A stretch of DNA of 64,000 nucleotides from Blepharisma stoltei ATCC 30299 (lineage: Eukaryota > Protista > Ciliophora). A model generated the notes under the pieces. The model was not told the origin of the DNA. It did no database searches and saw only the letters and a program-made list of their open reading frames with translations. Location: the NCBI GenBank assembly GCA_965603825.1, contig CBFDEM010000053.1, positions 682,001 to 746,000 on the forward strand, given 5' to 3'. Positions within the stretch are counted from its first letter, which is position 1, and the number at the start of each line of letters is the position of its first letter. Positions 22,794-35,591 of the stretch are shown piece by piece. A program made the position numbers and the translations under genes.

Positions 22794-24274
22794 ATGGAAT
22801 CTGATTTGATAACTTCACAGACGTTTATAGACCTCGGGATTTCTAAAAAATTCATTTTAGACGCTCTTGAATATTTTAATTTTCAATATTCCACCCAAGT
22901 CCAAGCCCAAGCTATTCCTAAAGCTTTATCAGGCGAAAATTTAATTGTCCAAGGCAGAAGTGGGACAGGGAAAACTTTAGCATTTACTTCAATTTCTTTA
23001 GAAGCCATAAACCCTTCTGAAAATAAGCCTCAAGCCTTAATAATAACCCCAACCAGAGAGTTAGCGAACCAAATTTTTGATTTTCTCAATGAAATGACCT
23101 TTACGTCTGACACTCCAATATATTCATTAATGTGCTGTGGAGGCTATTCAAGAGGAGACACTATAAAATCTCTTAATCAAGGCATTCACATCGTGGTGGG
23201 AACATTAGGGAGAATAAAAGACATGATCACTTATAATTATCTTTCTGTCGAATTTCTAAAAATTCTTATCATGGACGAAGCTGATAAAATTATATCAAGC
23301 TGCAGCTGACTTTTTCAAAAAATCCCTAAAAATACCCAAATTTTGGCATTTTCAGCGACTTATTCTGAACAGTCTTTATCTCAGCTTAAAAAATATATTG
23401 AAAATCCTCAAATTATAAAATGTCAAGAAAATGATACAAAGTCAAAAGAACTGAAAGAATTTTATGCAGAAAGTGACGCGACTATGCAGGCAAAAGTAAC
23501 TAAAGTTTTGCATATTTTAAATACAGTGCCTTTTCATCAAGCTATTATTTTTTATAATAATAAAGGATCAGGAAATGATATGGCAGCTAGATTAAGAGGG
23601 TCAGGGTTTCCTTGTTTATTTATATCAGGGGATATGCCTCAAAATCAAAGGATTGAGGTTATGAGGTCATTGAGGTTTTTAGGGATCAGGGTTATGCTAA
23701 GCACAGATTTGGTATTTTTTATATAGACTAGTAGAGGAATTGATGTACTTAATGTAAATTTGGTCATAAATTATGACATCCCAGACAGATCTGACATATA
23801 TATCCACAGAATAGGCCGCGCCGGCAGGTTTGGGACGCCTGGAATTGCAGTTACCCTGGTATCAGGGCAGTCTGATATAGAAAAACTGCAAAAATTCGCA
23901 AACCCAGAAAATTTCGATTTTTTTACAAAGGTAAGAAAAATATATAGGAAAATTTTATACCAATTGAGCTATTAGAAGACGAAAAAGAAGCCTTCAAAAA
24001 AATCACTAGCGATGGGAAAGAATGGGTAGATGTTCCTATTGAAGCATCAATTGATAATAAATTTACAATTCCAATTGATATAGAAGAAGATGAGTGGGTA
24101 GATGTGACAGCTGAAGAATCAATTGAAAAAAGGTTCACAATTCCTATCACTCTAGAAGATTTATCAAATTTATCATGCAGCTTGTGCGCTGAACTTGGGT
24201 TTTCCACACATTGCCACTGCAATACATGCAAGGAAAATTATATTTATATTACTAAATATTTAAAGCCAGAATAA
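22794..24274 (+). CDS. DDX20: DEAD-box RNA helicase, DDX20/Gemin3-like (~482 aa)
   Basis: [48 protein letters not shown] at 23307; introns 23712-23726 and 23931-23947. Confidence 0.78.
23712..23726 (+). other. 15-nt intron
   Basis: gtattttttatatag; removal gives motif V STDLTSRGID. Confidence 0.92.
23931..23947 (+). other. Putative 17-nt intron
   Basis: gtaagaaaaatatatag; removal opens a 108-codon C-terminal frame ending at 24274. Confidence 0.65.
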
Positions 24275-24324
24275 AACATAATATAAGCTATTTTCTTGTA
24301 AGCTTATTATTTCTTGAGTATTTT

Positions 24325-24549
24325 TTAGTCTTCAGCCCCATAGCTATGCTTATAATAGCATTCAAGGTATTGTCTTCTTGCATTTTTAATGATTTCTCTA
24401 TTTCTTGATTCTCTGGTTGCTTCATATTGACTGTAAAGTTCTCTACAAGCTTCTATCGGTTCGGAATCTCTTGATAGAGACCCAATAATATATGCTCCTC
24501 CCCCTAGAAGTATTAAGGCAGCGAAACCTGAAGCAAATTTAGTAGCCAT
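24325..24549 (-). CDS. Small single-TM hypothetical protein (74 aa)
   Basis: ATG in AT-rich context, N-terminal hydrophobic segment, two Cys; fills the gap between genes. Confidence 0.7.
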   Translation of the reverse strand: MATKFASGFAALILLGGGAYIIGSLSRDSEPIEACRELYSQYEATRESRNREIIKNARRQYLECYYKHSYGAED

Positions 24550-24631
24550 TTTATTATAAACATTTTAAAAGCTCACAAGCATGAAATCGCAGATTTAAAT
24601 TAAAAGCATTTGCTGATCAAATAATTATGTA

Positions 24632-25555
24632 TTATAATGGTCTTTTTGTCAGTACTTCATTTCCTGTTTCTGTTATCAAAATTGTGTGTTCCATTTGTGC
24701 TGAAGGTCCCATAGTCAGGTCTACGATTGTCCATTTGTCTTCCCATTGGCCAAGTTCATAATTTGCGTTCATCATTACTATTGGCTCAATTGTAAATGTC
24801 ATTCCTGGCCTCATAATTGTCTCGACTACGTTTTTATTGAACAATACAGGTGGAGGAATATGCATGTGTCTTCCAATCCCATGTCCGCAAAACTCTTCAC
24901 ATATAGCAAATCCTCTGTCATTTACATATTTTTCGATGACTTCTCCGACCTTATTTATAGGAGTTCCTGGTTTACAAATTTTGATGGCTTCAGCCACAGA
25001 TTCCCTTGTTGTATTTACCAATCTAATTATTTCTTCTGGATGAGAATTTCCTATCATAGCCATATCACTATTATCTCCATAAACTCCATCAATTCACGTC
25101 ACTACATCAAAATTGATAATGTCCCCATCAGCGAAAGGCCTTACATTAGGAATTCCATGGCATACAATTTCATTAGGACTTATACATAAACTTTTAGGGA
25201 ACCCCATATAATAAACAGCAGCTGGATAAGCGCCTTGGGAAATGATATAGTCATGGACCACCTTGTCGATGTCTTCTCCAGTAACCCCAGGTTTAGCATA
25301 ATCTAAAGCTACTTGTAAAGCTCCTGCAGCAATTCTGGCGGCAAGTCTCATTTTTTCGATGGTCTCAGAGTTGTGAATTTGCAGTTCATGGCTGTCATTT
25401 GTTGAGACAAATTTTGTTTGGCCTTTAGATTCAAAATAAAAAGGCTTTGGGATATTGGCGGGGATAGGGTGGTGAGGCAGGACTTGGTACTCGCCCATTA
25501 AGATAGGTTTTTGGAAGAACTTAGGCTTGTTAATAAAAGACCATGGGAATTTCAT
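24632..25555 (-). CDS. METAP1D: Methionine aminopeptidase type I, organellar MAP1D-like
   Basis: NEIVCHGIP, DVVT-W(UGA)-IDGVYGD, GHGIG, FTIEP, QMEHT metal ligands; presequence-like N-terminus without zinc finger. Confidence 0.88.
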
Positions 25556-25626
25556 TTTTATTCCTAAAATATGAGGAAATCCTGTGATCACACAATTGTT
25601 AATAATGACTCTAAATAAATTAATAA

Positions 25627-27709
25627 TTACTCACACGCAAACTTATAATCGAAGCTGGAAAGTGCAACCCCAAAAGCTTGTAGCGGTGAAAAAGGCCATT
25701 GGAAGTCCATGTTAAAGTTTTGGTCCCCAACCCTTCCAAATTGCATATAAACTTTATTTTCGTCTCTGTCATCAATAAGCTGGAAATTTTTTACTGATGC
25801 TCTATCAACTCTTCCATTGAAATTTAACACAAATGCTTGGACATCTACTTATCAATTACGTTCATTCCATTTTGGAGGCTTATTAAAGAAGCAAAACATC
25901 CCTGAGGTGTTTCCTGCGTTATATTGTTTAAGCATGCCGTCATCTTTCTGCTATAAAAATTACATTCATAGGTTTCCACACATAGTGATCCCCAGCGTTA
26001 TTTACAGCTGGTATTAAAACTCTCATTTTTCTAGGTCCTTTGGAACCAAGAATATTTGATTGCTAAATATCATTTACATATAAAACAATTCCTAGTTCTT
26101 CTCTAGCGTTCATAGGGTTTGCTCCTTTATGTTTAGGATTAATGCCAGTGTCAAACAGGTGGAATTCAGTTCCAATGAAATTTGAGCGGACTTTTCCTAA
26201 ATATGATGGAGATTTTACTGAAAATTCTTTTTGGTTGCTGGTTATCATATAATTTGAAGTTCGGTTTCCTCCTCTTTTTTTGCCTGCAAGCAAAAAGGTC
26301 ATCCCATCTGATATATGCAAATAATATTTCGGGTATAGTCTTCCAAAGCCTGCTTTTTCTCGTCTGATATTGCATTGGAGCATTATTCCTCGAGGGATTG
26401 GATTTGTCAGGAATTTTTTCATATCAGTCATTTCTTGGGCAAGGACTTCACGGACATTTATGTTTGGCTGTCGAGGGATTTGTTGTTGGCGGGCTGAGTC
26501 AGGTCTGTTAAGAGGGTGAGTAGGCGCTGGAGGCTCTTGTCGTTCATCTTGACGCTTGCCTTCTGGCTGACGATTGCCATCTGGGGTTGGTTTTTCTATT
26601 TGAGCAGGGCGCTGTTCTTCTCTTTGAGGCGGTTTGTCGTCTATTGACTGCCGTTGTCTATTTGGCTCATTTGTAGGTGTCCTTTCATTTTGGTAGCGAT
26701 CAGGCTGGGTTTCTTGAACTGGCTGTTTAGGTGCCTGAGGAATAGCTTGCTCAGAAATGCTAACAGGCTTTGCTGCATCAAAAGGGACATATTTTGGCTC
26801 AGCTGGGACAAACTTTTCAGTTGCGGTTGTAGCCCGAGTATCAGGCTGAGTAAATTGACCGTCATTTGGCCTCTCATATGGCGCTGGAGGCGGATTTTTG
26901 GACTCTTCTAGCTGTTTGTGGATTCCTTGTAGCGTTTTACTTGGTGTATGTCTTGACCCTTCATCAAGTTTTACTTCTTCAAGCTCATCGTCAGCTTTAA
27001 ACACAGTCCTATCAGCCTTTATAGGTGCCGGCAAATTATCAGTTTGTTTAGCTTTTATAGGGCCAGGCTCATATGCGAAATTTTTAGGTGCAGTAAATCC
27101 TCTTAAGTCTCGATTGGCGTTTAAATCTTTTTCATTAAAAATTTGGTTTGAATATAAATAAGATCCTATCCCACTTTGCTGCTCTAGCCCTTGGGCAACC
27201 ATAGAGCTTACACCAGGCATAAACATATTGCTTGATTGCACTTGAGTAGTTCCAGACGATCCGCGGCTTATTAATTTGTTTCGTTGCATTTCTAGCATTT
27301 TCGCTCGCATTTGGGCATTGCTGCTGCCTGGTCTTGCTGAGCTTGTATCAGGACGTGGTTCTTGTCGTTCAGGCTCTTCGTAGTTGACAAAGCCAATTTT
27401 CTCGCTATTTTCTTTTTTTACAGGCTGGAAAGTTTGTTTTGGTCCTCCCATCCCATCAATGACGTAGCCGCTCGTAACAAATTCGCTTGGCTGGGGTGGA
27501 TAATAGGTAGGTGGGGGTGGGTTGGTGTAAAAGTGGCTTTGCTCGACTGGCTGAAGGTTTTGATACCTAGGCTTTTCTTCATATTCAAAATCTCTATCGA
27601 TTTGAGCAGGCATAAACGAATCAGCAGGCTGTTGATAATAAGGAGGAGTTCCTGGCTCTTCTGGATCTGAAAAGCTATCTGAATCTTCTAAGTATTCACG
27701 CTGAAACAT
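25627..27709 (-). CDS. Tubby-like protein (~678 aa) with P/Q-rich N-terminus
   Basis: GKVRSNFIGTEF, GPRKM, PPKWNE..LNFNGRV..ASVKNFQL, QFGRVG, KFACE*; three tiny introns. Confidence 0.93.
25845..25859 (-). other. 15-nt intron
   Basis: gtaattgataagtag; restores PKWNEHVQAFVLNF. Confidence 0.92.
25948..25963 (-). other. 16-nt intron (NAGNAG acceptor)
   Basis: gtaatttttatagcag; restores the frame. Confidence 0.8.
26063..26077 (-). other. 15-nt intron
   Basis: gtaaatgatatttag; restores IVLY-QSNILGSKGPRKM. Confidence 0.92.
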
Positions 27710-27909
27710 TTTTTATAAATTAATGAAAGAAATTTAAAGTAAAATGAATAATTTAATATATACTCCTAATAAAGTTTGCTTAGATATCCTATATTTTTTA
27801 TTTTATCTATAAATAAATAGAATTTTAAATTTACTATATTTAAAAATATATTAAATATGAATATATTTTATCGATTCTGTTACAAAAAGCATGTCTCAAA
27901 TATGGTTAA

Positions 27910-29775
27910 TTAATATATATTGTCATCTTTTTCGTCAAACTTTATCATCACCTTTACATTATTTCTTGAATTTCTAGCTGGCCTATACTGGATAGCTGGT
28001 ATCTGTGGACCTTCAATAGTAAAACTTTCCCCCTCTTGATTTTCACCTGAAATAATTTTTAATGTCCCTGCTTCAATGTCTAAAACAACACACAGCTTTG
28101 AAATGCCTTTGCCAAGCCCATAAGAATACAAACACCCTACAATATTTTTATGCTTAGGCGAAGACACTCCAATTTTTAATTGTCCAGATTTTTCGTCTGT
28201 AGAAAAAATTGCATTAGAAATTACCTTGATTTTCCATATGTGCTTTCCAAAATAATAAGGGTACTGGGCAAGAATAATCCCAGCCCTTTCGAACTGGACT
28301 CATTTTTCATCTCCACGTTTATTGATTATTGCAAGATTTTTACAGATATTTTCATCAATGTCTTGCAAGTCAAAGGTGGAAACTGAGGTAATTTCGCTTC
28401 ATGGGCTTTGTTTAGTATCTTCTTCTGATATAGCAGCTACTCGAAACCTATAGGTGGTTTTTGGGAGAAGATCAGTTATAATACAAGTGTGGGCTTCTCC
28501 TTTATATACCTGTCGAAATTGTTCAACGCCACGGACTTTGCTTCCAACGCCATATTCTAATGAATAAATGCTTTTTCCTGAAGTATAAGTCCAGGAAAGC
28601 TTGATTTCTGAAGAAGTTTGCTGTTTCAATATAAATTTCCTAGGCTCTGACGGGTCGGAATTAGTAAGATCTGTATTTGTGTTATTTCCTACATATGAAA
28701 AAGGATTTGGGCTAGAAATATTGCTTCTTCTGTAGTTTGAAATAGAATTTAGCGGAGACTGAGTATTATTTAATGAAGGTTGTGGAGATGGGAAGCTGGA
28801 ATATCGGTCCTGAGCAGGAGAATTATTTATTTCAAAAAAATTCCCTGAATTTATTCCTTTTAAAATCGCTGATATATCAATGCTTTGAAACTGGGCATCT
28901 ACACTGCTCATATGAGATTCAGAGACTGACAAAGAATGGTCAATCATTTTACTTAAATATTTAAGGCTTTCAAGCATAGCACTTTTTGGGAGCTCGACTG
29001 CAGTTTCTATTAATTTTACTGCAGCGTTGATGCTTAATAATTTTCCATTAATTTCTTCTCGATTGAAATTAAGCTGCTGGATTTTTTTTTCGTTAAAATT
29101 ATTGATTTCGTCTATGCATTCTTCTTCTTTTAGCTCAATTGCGCGTTTAGCTATTTTAAAAGCTTCTTTTATTTTATTTATCGCTTCATTTTTAGCGTAT
29201 TCTATGTCAGGCTCTAAAACTTCAATATCATTTAGTTCAAAAATAAGTTTTTTTCGGAGTTTTTCTAATTTATTTTGTTTGCTTTTAATTTCATGCAAAG
29301 TCTCTGAAAAAGCGTCTTCAATTTTTAATATTGGGTGGCTACTATGCATAGATAAGCAGTATTTGCATATTGATTTTCAATCTTCTGTACAAAAATAAGC
29401 CAAATTTTCCTTATGGAATTCGCAGTAATTAAAATTCGTGATTTTTGATAGCTTAATAGGTGCTTGCGAATGTGATTTATATGCTCCTAAAGAATGAATA
29501 TAGCTATAGCACTCACTGCACAGTAATATTTTGCATGTTTCACAGCTAGTTTTTGCAGGTCTTGTAGTGCATCTTTCACAATTCAAAGGATCTGAAGTTT
29601 CCTCCAAAGCAAGCAAAATTCAGTTATGTGTGGTTTCGGACTGTGATATGCTGATATTACATAATGGGCATGAATTTCCAATATGACTAAAACACACCGA
29701 ACTGTAGCAGCATGGCAAAATTGTGGGGTATATCTGTATTTGATTACAAACTGAACATTTTATTTCCTGTTCCAT
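27910..29775 (-). CDS. TRIM-like RING / B-box1 / B-box2 / coiled-coil / FN3 / SPRY-like protein (~621 aa)
   Basis: Single frame with four UGA=Trp. Degenerate RING CSVC..LPCC..CPLC, two B-boxes, FN3 (LSWT..DLLPKTTYRFRVAA..SPWS), SPRY-like tail (GKHIWKIKV..IGV..VVLDIEAGTL). Confidence 0.82.
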
Positions 29776-29808
29776 TTATTAAATTAACACAAAGCAAATA
29801 TAATTATT

Positions 29809-30633
29809 TTAATTCTTGCTTCTTTTTATTCTTGAGATTAGTGTCTTGCATTTTTTACAATGGTAAAGAATTTCTTGGAATTCCCCGCTCCCATAGCAAG
29901 TTCTGCAGCATAATTTTTGCCAGCTAAATAAAAATTACAATGATATTGATGGAAATTTGAACTTGACTGTAGTAGAAACTTCGCACTCACATTTAGGGCA
30001 AAATCCTTTAGAAGTTACATAATTCATCGGATCGCCATGAGCTGCACAAGTTTCTTGCAGATTGGGCTTGTCCCGCTGTGAATCAGGCTCATTTTCGTGG
30101 GTGCTTAGAGTAGGCTTTGTGTTAGCTGAGTCTTTTATTTTTTCTGATATTTTTGAGACGGTTTTATGTGTGATATAGCTTTTAGTTTCTGTGATTAATG
30201 ATTGCTTAATAGAGTTTTTTGTGGAATCTTGGGCAAAGGATTTCAAAGGCTCTTGGCATTTTTCAGCGTCTTCGAAATCGGAATCACTGCTCAGGATTTC
30301 GCCTGAGTCATAGGTGAAATTTAAATCTAAACTTCCTACTCCATGATCCCAAAAATCCAGAGATGTTTCAAGCCTTGGTAACCCATCAGCAGGAACTTTG
30401 TTTAATGCTGACACAAACGGCTGGGTTTTATTGAGATCGTTGATGATCATTGTCGGTTGCCTTGTATGAGAACTCTCTGAGTTCGCGCTTTCGCTGGACT
30501 CCAAGTATGTATCTACTTCTTTCTGAATAGCTACTTCTTTTTGGTCTTTTTCTTTTATTTTATCCTTATTTCGATAAGATCTTTTTGGCTCCAAATGCAG
30601 AATTGCATTTCTTGCATATGCCAGATTTTTCAT
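29809..30633 (-). CDS. LITAF-like zinc-ribbon protein (~269 aa)
   Basis: FCPKC..V.T.V, then after a 15-nt intron FWQKLCC..YHCKKC. Confidence 0.75.
29924..29938 (-). other. 15-nt intron
   Basis: gtaatttttatttag; contains in-frame TAA. Confidence 0.88.
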
Positions 30634-30964
30634 TTTGGATTAAAAATTATTAACCTTAGCATCAGTATTTAATAATTGAAATTCTTATAAATTTTATATT
30701 ATCCATACAAGATTTTAAATTTAGTTTATTTTTCTATTATAGGATAATGCAAAGATGAATATATAATAGAATGTTGCAAGATTACTAAATGGCTATATAT
30801 AATCCAATAATTTATTCGAAAATTTCCTTAATTATGGTGCATTGGGAGTTTTTGGGCACATCTGTGCGGCTCTTAGTGGACGCTCGGCTTCGTATTTTCA
30901 GATTCTGACATATTGTCTATTAGGGACATATACTGGTTCTTAAAAAGGCCTAGGGTATCATATA

Positions 30965-32221
30965 ATGAAGTGCTGGAAACAAGATTGCATAAAAGAATCC
31001 ATATATTTGTGTCAATGCTCTGAACAAGGAATTTACTCATGCGAAACTCATTATATTGACCATCTGCAACTTAACATCCAACAAAGACATCTGCCTCAGC
31101 CTCTAAAATTCAAGCCAAGCCAAAATGCAAAGCAAGCTCTTTGCTCTTATCTTAAAAGTAGGAACGCAGAGTTAAATACCCTTCAATCAGAAGCAATTAG
31201 TAAAATATCCCAAAAAATAAAGAAACTCAACACTCAATTAAAAATAGCAATTGATGAAATTACAAGAGTAAAAAAAGAAAATCAAGCATTGATAGCCAGA
31301 ATTGTCCAGGCTGAACAAATATCTCTGCACGATGACTTGGCAAAGATTTTAGCTTTAGACCCTGATGAAGCCATTGAAATTATTCAAGATAATATTTGTA
31401 GAATTGATATTCGAAAAATTCCTAAATATATTGAATGCAATTTAGATACTTTTGATTATTCAATTAGTGGAAATGAAATCGATATTTTTCGTGATAATTC
31501 AAAAATGTTATTAAGAGTAAGTCTGGAAGATCTTACAATTAAAGAAGCTGAAATAGCAATGAACCAAAATACCAATACTCATTTATCAATTTGTAAAATC
31601 TCAAATAGTAATCTTATTTGTATTGGAGGTTACAATCCTTATACTTCAACAGCATTTATGATATATCCTGATAATAGCATTAAATATCTTGCTAATTTAT
31701 CACAGCCATGCGGATTCTCAAGTGCTATTTATTATAAGAATGAAGTATATGCATTTGGTGGTTACAATAATAGTGGATACGTAATGACTCCTGAGAAATA
31801 TAACATCTCAGAAAATATATGAAAGCCTCTCCCTAAAATTAGTGTAGGCGCAAATTGTTGCACCGGCTTTGTTTATAAAAATAAGATTTTCTTTGCAGGA
31901 ATTCAACATTCAAAAGTTTATATTTACGATATTCAACAAAATTCATACTCAGTAATTCCAATCGGGTTAAATCCAAGTAAGGGCAAGGTTTTAATTTTAA
32001 ACAGAAATATTTTTTATGTGATTGAGTCTGGCTCACATATCTATGAAGTTGGTCTTAATGACCTAAATTGGAAAGCTGTTGGAAGCTGTGAACCATTGAA
32101 TAATTATCCGGTATCTCATTTTGTTGAATTTAAAAATTGTATTTACTTTCTGAATGAAGGATCATATATTTATAGATTTGATTTAGATTCGAAATCAGTC
32201 CTAAAATTGAAGAAAATATAA
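30965..32221 (+). CDS. N-terminal Cys/His zinc motif + coiled coil + Kelch beta-propeller protein (~418 aa)
   Basis: CWKQDC..CQC..CETH..H; ICIGGY and VYAFGGY Kelch repeats; UGA at 31820 at the Kelch Trp position. Confidence 0.82.
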
Positions 32222-32481
32222 TTTAAGGAAATAGAATTTTAATAATTAATTTCTTATTAATTTGCTGCCTTTTTATAAAAGAAATAGCTAAAACGTGAAA
32301 TATTTATAGATTTCTAATAGTTTTTAAAGAAAAATATATCGGTTAAAATGTTTAATCTAATCCACAATAATTATACTGCTAATACAATCTGACCGAAATA
32401 GGTTTACTTCCTATTTCTCAAATTTATAAAATTAAATAAGCTATTTCAAAAATGTCAAGAAAATTAAAATTACTAGCACCG

Positions 32482-33255
32482 CTAGGCTTTATTTGATGCT
32501 ATGAATTTTTTATTAAGCAATACAATATCATCTTTCAATCCTGGGTACTTTTTAGCATGCTTTTTCATTATTTCAACTAGCCCTCTCACATATTCTTCAC
32601 TGGCCGAAAAAGTGTCCATTCTATCCATTTCTCTACTAAACGTCGACAAATTTCTATTTTTCCCTTTTTCAACAATCACATTTTTTGCTTTTCTTTTAGC
32701 CAAATTTCTGGTCTCACTTAAATTTGAAAATTTTGTTGCCCCAAGATCCCGCATTGTGCTTTTTTTCACTTGATCTCTATTTAAATCTTTTGAAATCTCT
32801 AAACATGATGTTGTCCTTAAAGATTTACTTTTAGACCTGTGGCCTGGCAATAGGATTTTTCTTTTTAAATTATCGATCCTGTTTTCTAGCTGTTCTCATT
32901 CATTTTCAGTGTTTTCTCTATTTGTTTCATAATCGGTTCTATCATATGAAGTTTTTTCAAAAGGTTCAATTAATTCTGAGAGCTGCTTGACCTTTGGATG
33001 TTTGTAAGTATAGGAATAATTTAAGCTGGGAGAAGGATCAATATCTTGATATACATTCATAGAAAGCTCTTCCATTGGTTTAGAAATGTGAGGCTCAGGG
33101 ATTGCTTTTTCTGTTGGCCTAAAAGATTCAAAGATTTCTGGTTCAAGCGGCTCAGGCTGGAGATTTAGTGGTCTTTCACCATATAGGTAAGAATTATCTC
33201 TTAAGTAAGGGATTCTGTCATCTTCTTTGTAGAATTGGCTTGAAGCATTTATCAT
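32482..33255 (-). CDS. Hypothetical protein (~257 aa)
   Basis: Two track ORFs joined in frame by UGA at 32896. Confidence 0.7.
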
Positions 33256-33759
33256 GATTAACGAATTTTAAATTTAAAAAGAATTCGTTCTTTCATAAGT
33301 CCTAAAAATTAATGTAATTAGCATATAAACAATTTTTATTTAGACTAAGATTTCAGCATTTCTTTTGCAATAATTTTGATAAATTTATATTGAGGAATAA
33401 GAAAATATTATTGGACTTTATCTATAAGTTATCATAGAAAATCCATTATTATAATTTTCATAAACAATTTTGCTTTGTTAAAACTTTTAATCAATTGTAT
33501 GCACTATTTTTATATATGAATTCACCCTTCTTGTAAGCCAAGCAAGCTATATCTTGCACACTACACGCCTTCATATTATCTTTTAGTCAAAAATAAAAAG
33601 TTACCAATTCAATATTCATATCTATTAAAGTAAATCCTATGATTTTAACTCATATTCCTCTAGCACTAATATCTATTTCCTTATCAGCTCACCACTATTA
33701 TCTCTTCGTTAAAAATTATTCCCATACTTAATTGCCAATCTATCAGAAAACGTCTCACC

Positions 33760-33796
33760 CTCCATCTTTTAATTCCATCCAACGCAATAAACAGAT
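33760..33796 (+). promoter_or_regulatory. Putative promoter motif of collagen-like gene 1
   Basis: ctccatcttttaattccat...aaacagat; compare 17112-17143. Confidence 0.4.
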
Positions 33797-33828
33797 AGGT
33801 ACGATAATCTCATAACAGGATAATTAAT

Positions 33829-34374
33829 ATGGTCAAACTGGCAATTCTGATGATTTTAGCTTTAACTGCCCTTGCATTCAGACCTAATTTCAAAAGCTCG
33901 TTTATAGAGGGAGAGCAGGCAAGCTGTGATAAGAAGCAGGAAGAGCAGCCATGCGAAGAAGCAAAACCAGAAGAGCAGCCATGCGAAGAAGCAAAGCCAG
34001 AAGAACAAAAATGCCAAGAAGAGCAGCAGGTTAAAATTGTATATGAAAAAGGAGATAAAGGAGAAGTAGGAGAACAAGGATGCCAAGGACCACAAGGCCC
34101 ACCAGGCCCACAAGGACCTGCAGGGTGTAAAGGAGAAAAAGGAGATAAAGGAGAAAAAGGAGACAAAGGAGACCAAGGAGAACAAGGCTGCAAAGGAGAA
34201 AAAGGAGAAGTAGGGGAAGCTGGACCTTGTGGAATCCAAGGGTGTAAAGGAGAAAAAGGAGATTGCGGAGATAGAGGACCAGCAGGGGTCATTATTCGAT
34301 GCCAAGAAATCGATGAAGTTGTAGAGCAGTGCAAATGTCAAGAAAAAGACGATAAGGCTGCATCAAAATGGTAA
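33829..34374 (+). CDS. Secreted mini-collagen-like protein 1 (27 Gly-X-Y, charged)
   Basis: Signal peptide, [10 protein letters not shown] repeats, uninterrupted Gly-X-Y with 6 Cys, Cys/acidic tail. Confidence 0.92.
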   Translation: MVKLAILMILALTALAFRPNFKSSFIEGEQASCDKKQEEQPCEEAKPEEQPCEEAKPEEQKCQEEQQVKIVYEKGDKGEVGEQGCQGPQGPPGPQGPAGCKGEKGDKGEKGDKGDQGEQGCKGEKGEVGEAGPCGIQGCKGEKGDCGDRGPAGVIIRCQEIDEVVEQCKCQEKDDKAASKW

Positions 34375-34709
34375 GCCAAAGGTAAAATCATAACATATTC
34401 TTACTGATATCGCGTTTTATTTATTAATAATAATAAATTTATAGCCACATATAAATTTAATAATATTTCCAAAAATTGATTTTTCTCTAAAAATGGCACT
34501 TATACAAATAAGCCAATTTTTACGAATTTTTTGAAATATAAAATAATAATTCTTCTATTTTGCAATAATTTTTAATTTATTTAAGATTTTATATGTGATT
34601 TATTTCCAATTTAAAATGATAAATAATACTATTTTTCTACCTATCAGATACTTAAAAAATTATTTAATACCGATTGCCTATTCTTCACAAAATATACTGT
34701 GATACTTAT

Positions 34710-34749
34710 CATTTTTTTACTATTTGCAAGCTTATTAACCTCAATAAAA
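34710..34749 (+). promoter_or_regulatory. Conserved upstream element of collagen-like gene 2
   Basis: catttttttactatttgcaagcttattaacctcaataaaa, aligning with 35535-35576. Confidence 0.6.
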
Positions 34750-34769
34750 TAATGGTTATATAAATTTAA

Positions 34770-35234
34770 ATGGTACGAGTTGCAATTCTGATAGCGCTCT
34801 CTGTAGCTGTTTTAGCTGTTAAACCTGGCTTATTGCAACAGGAAGATATTCTTCATGCTGGAAGTGGATGCTGCCCAACTGTGGAAACAAAAACTGTAGA
34901 TTTCGATGATTGTGTTGTAACCAGACAGGGATGCCAAGGACCACAAGGATGCCAAGGACCACCAGGATGTCCAGGACCTCAAGGACCTAAAGGGCCTCAA
35001 GGATGTCCAGGACCAAAAGGACCTAAAGGACCAAAAGGAGACACAGGAGACTGCGGCCCAGAAGGATGCCAAGGACCAGAAGGATGCCAAGGACCAAAAG
35101 GACCACAAGGCTGTCCAGGCCCACAAGGTCCTCCTGGAGAAAAAGGTTGCCAAGGTCCAAGAGGATGCAGCGTTAAAATTATTGAGTACGATGACGACGA
35201 ATGTGGATGCGAAGAAGCTATAGTGCACCAGTAA
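34770..35234 (+). CDS. Secreted mini-collagen-like protein 2 (27 Gly-X-Y)
   Basis: Signal peptide, GCCP, uninterrupted Gly-X-Y with 10 Cys, DDDECGCEE tail. Confidence 0.92.
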   Translation: MVRVAILIALSVAVLAVKPGLLQQEDILHAGSGCCPTVETKTVDFDDCVVTRQGCQGPQGCQGPPGCPGPQGPKGPQGCPGPKGPKGPKGDTGDCGPEGCQGPEGCQGPKGPQGCPGPQGPPGEKGCQGPRGCSVKIIEYDDDECGCEEAIVHQ

Positions 35235-35534
35235 CAGATAAAACTAAATAATTATTTTTAAAAAAATGTTCCTATCAGTTAAAAAAATGTAAAAAGGGAT
35301 GGAGAAAATCAAACATAAATAAAATATAATAAAAGTTTAAGAAAATTATGCATGGCCACAGCCTAGTGAAGAGAATAAGACTAATAATTTAAGCTGCTTT
35401 ATTTTTAAATATTTCTAATTTTACCATAAATGCTTATTTTTACTCATATTTTCAATACAGTTATAAAAAACAAGCCATCTTTTGTCCATAAAAAAATATT
35501 TAAAATAAAATACTTTCTGGTAGGGTTGTTTTAC

Positions 35535-35576
35535 CATTTTTTTCACCATTTGCAAGCATATAACCACCAATGAAAA
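35535..35576 (+). promoter_or_regulatory. Conserved upstream element of collagen-like gene 3
   Basis: catttttttcaccatttgcaagcatataaccaccaatgaaaa. Confidence 0.6.
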
Positions 35577-35591
35577 ATCTAATATAATCAA

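Noticed and set aside
30880-30940. U6/U2 snRNA-like words (gcttcg, acatatact, ggcctttt)
   Set aside because: Lacks ACAGAGA and the GTAGTA branch-pairing motif.
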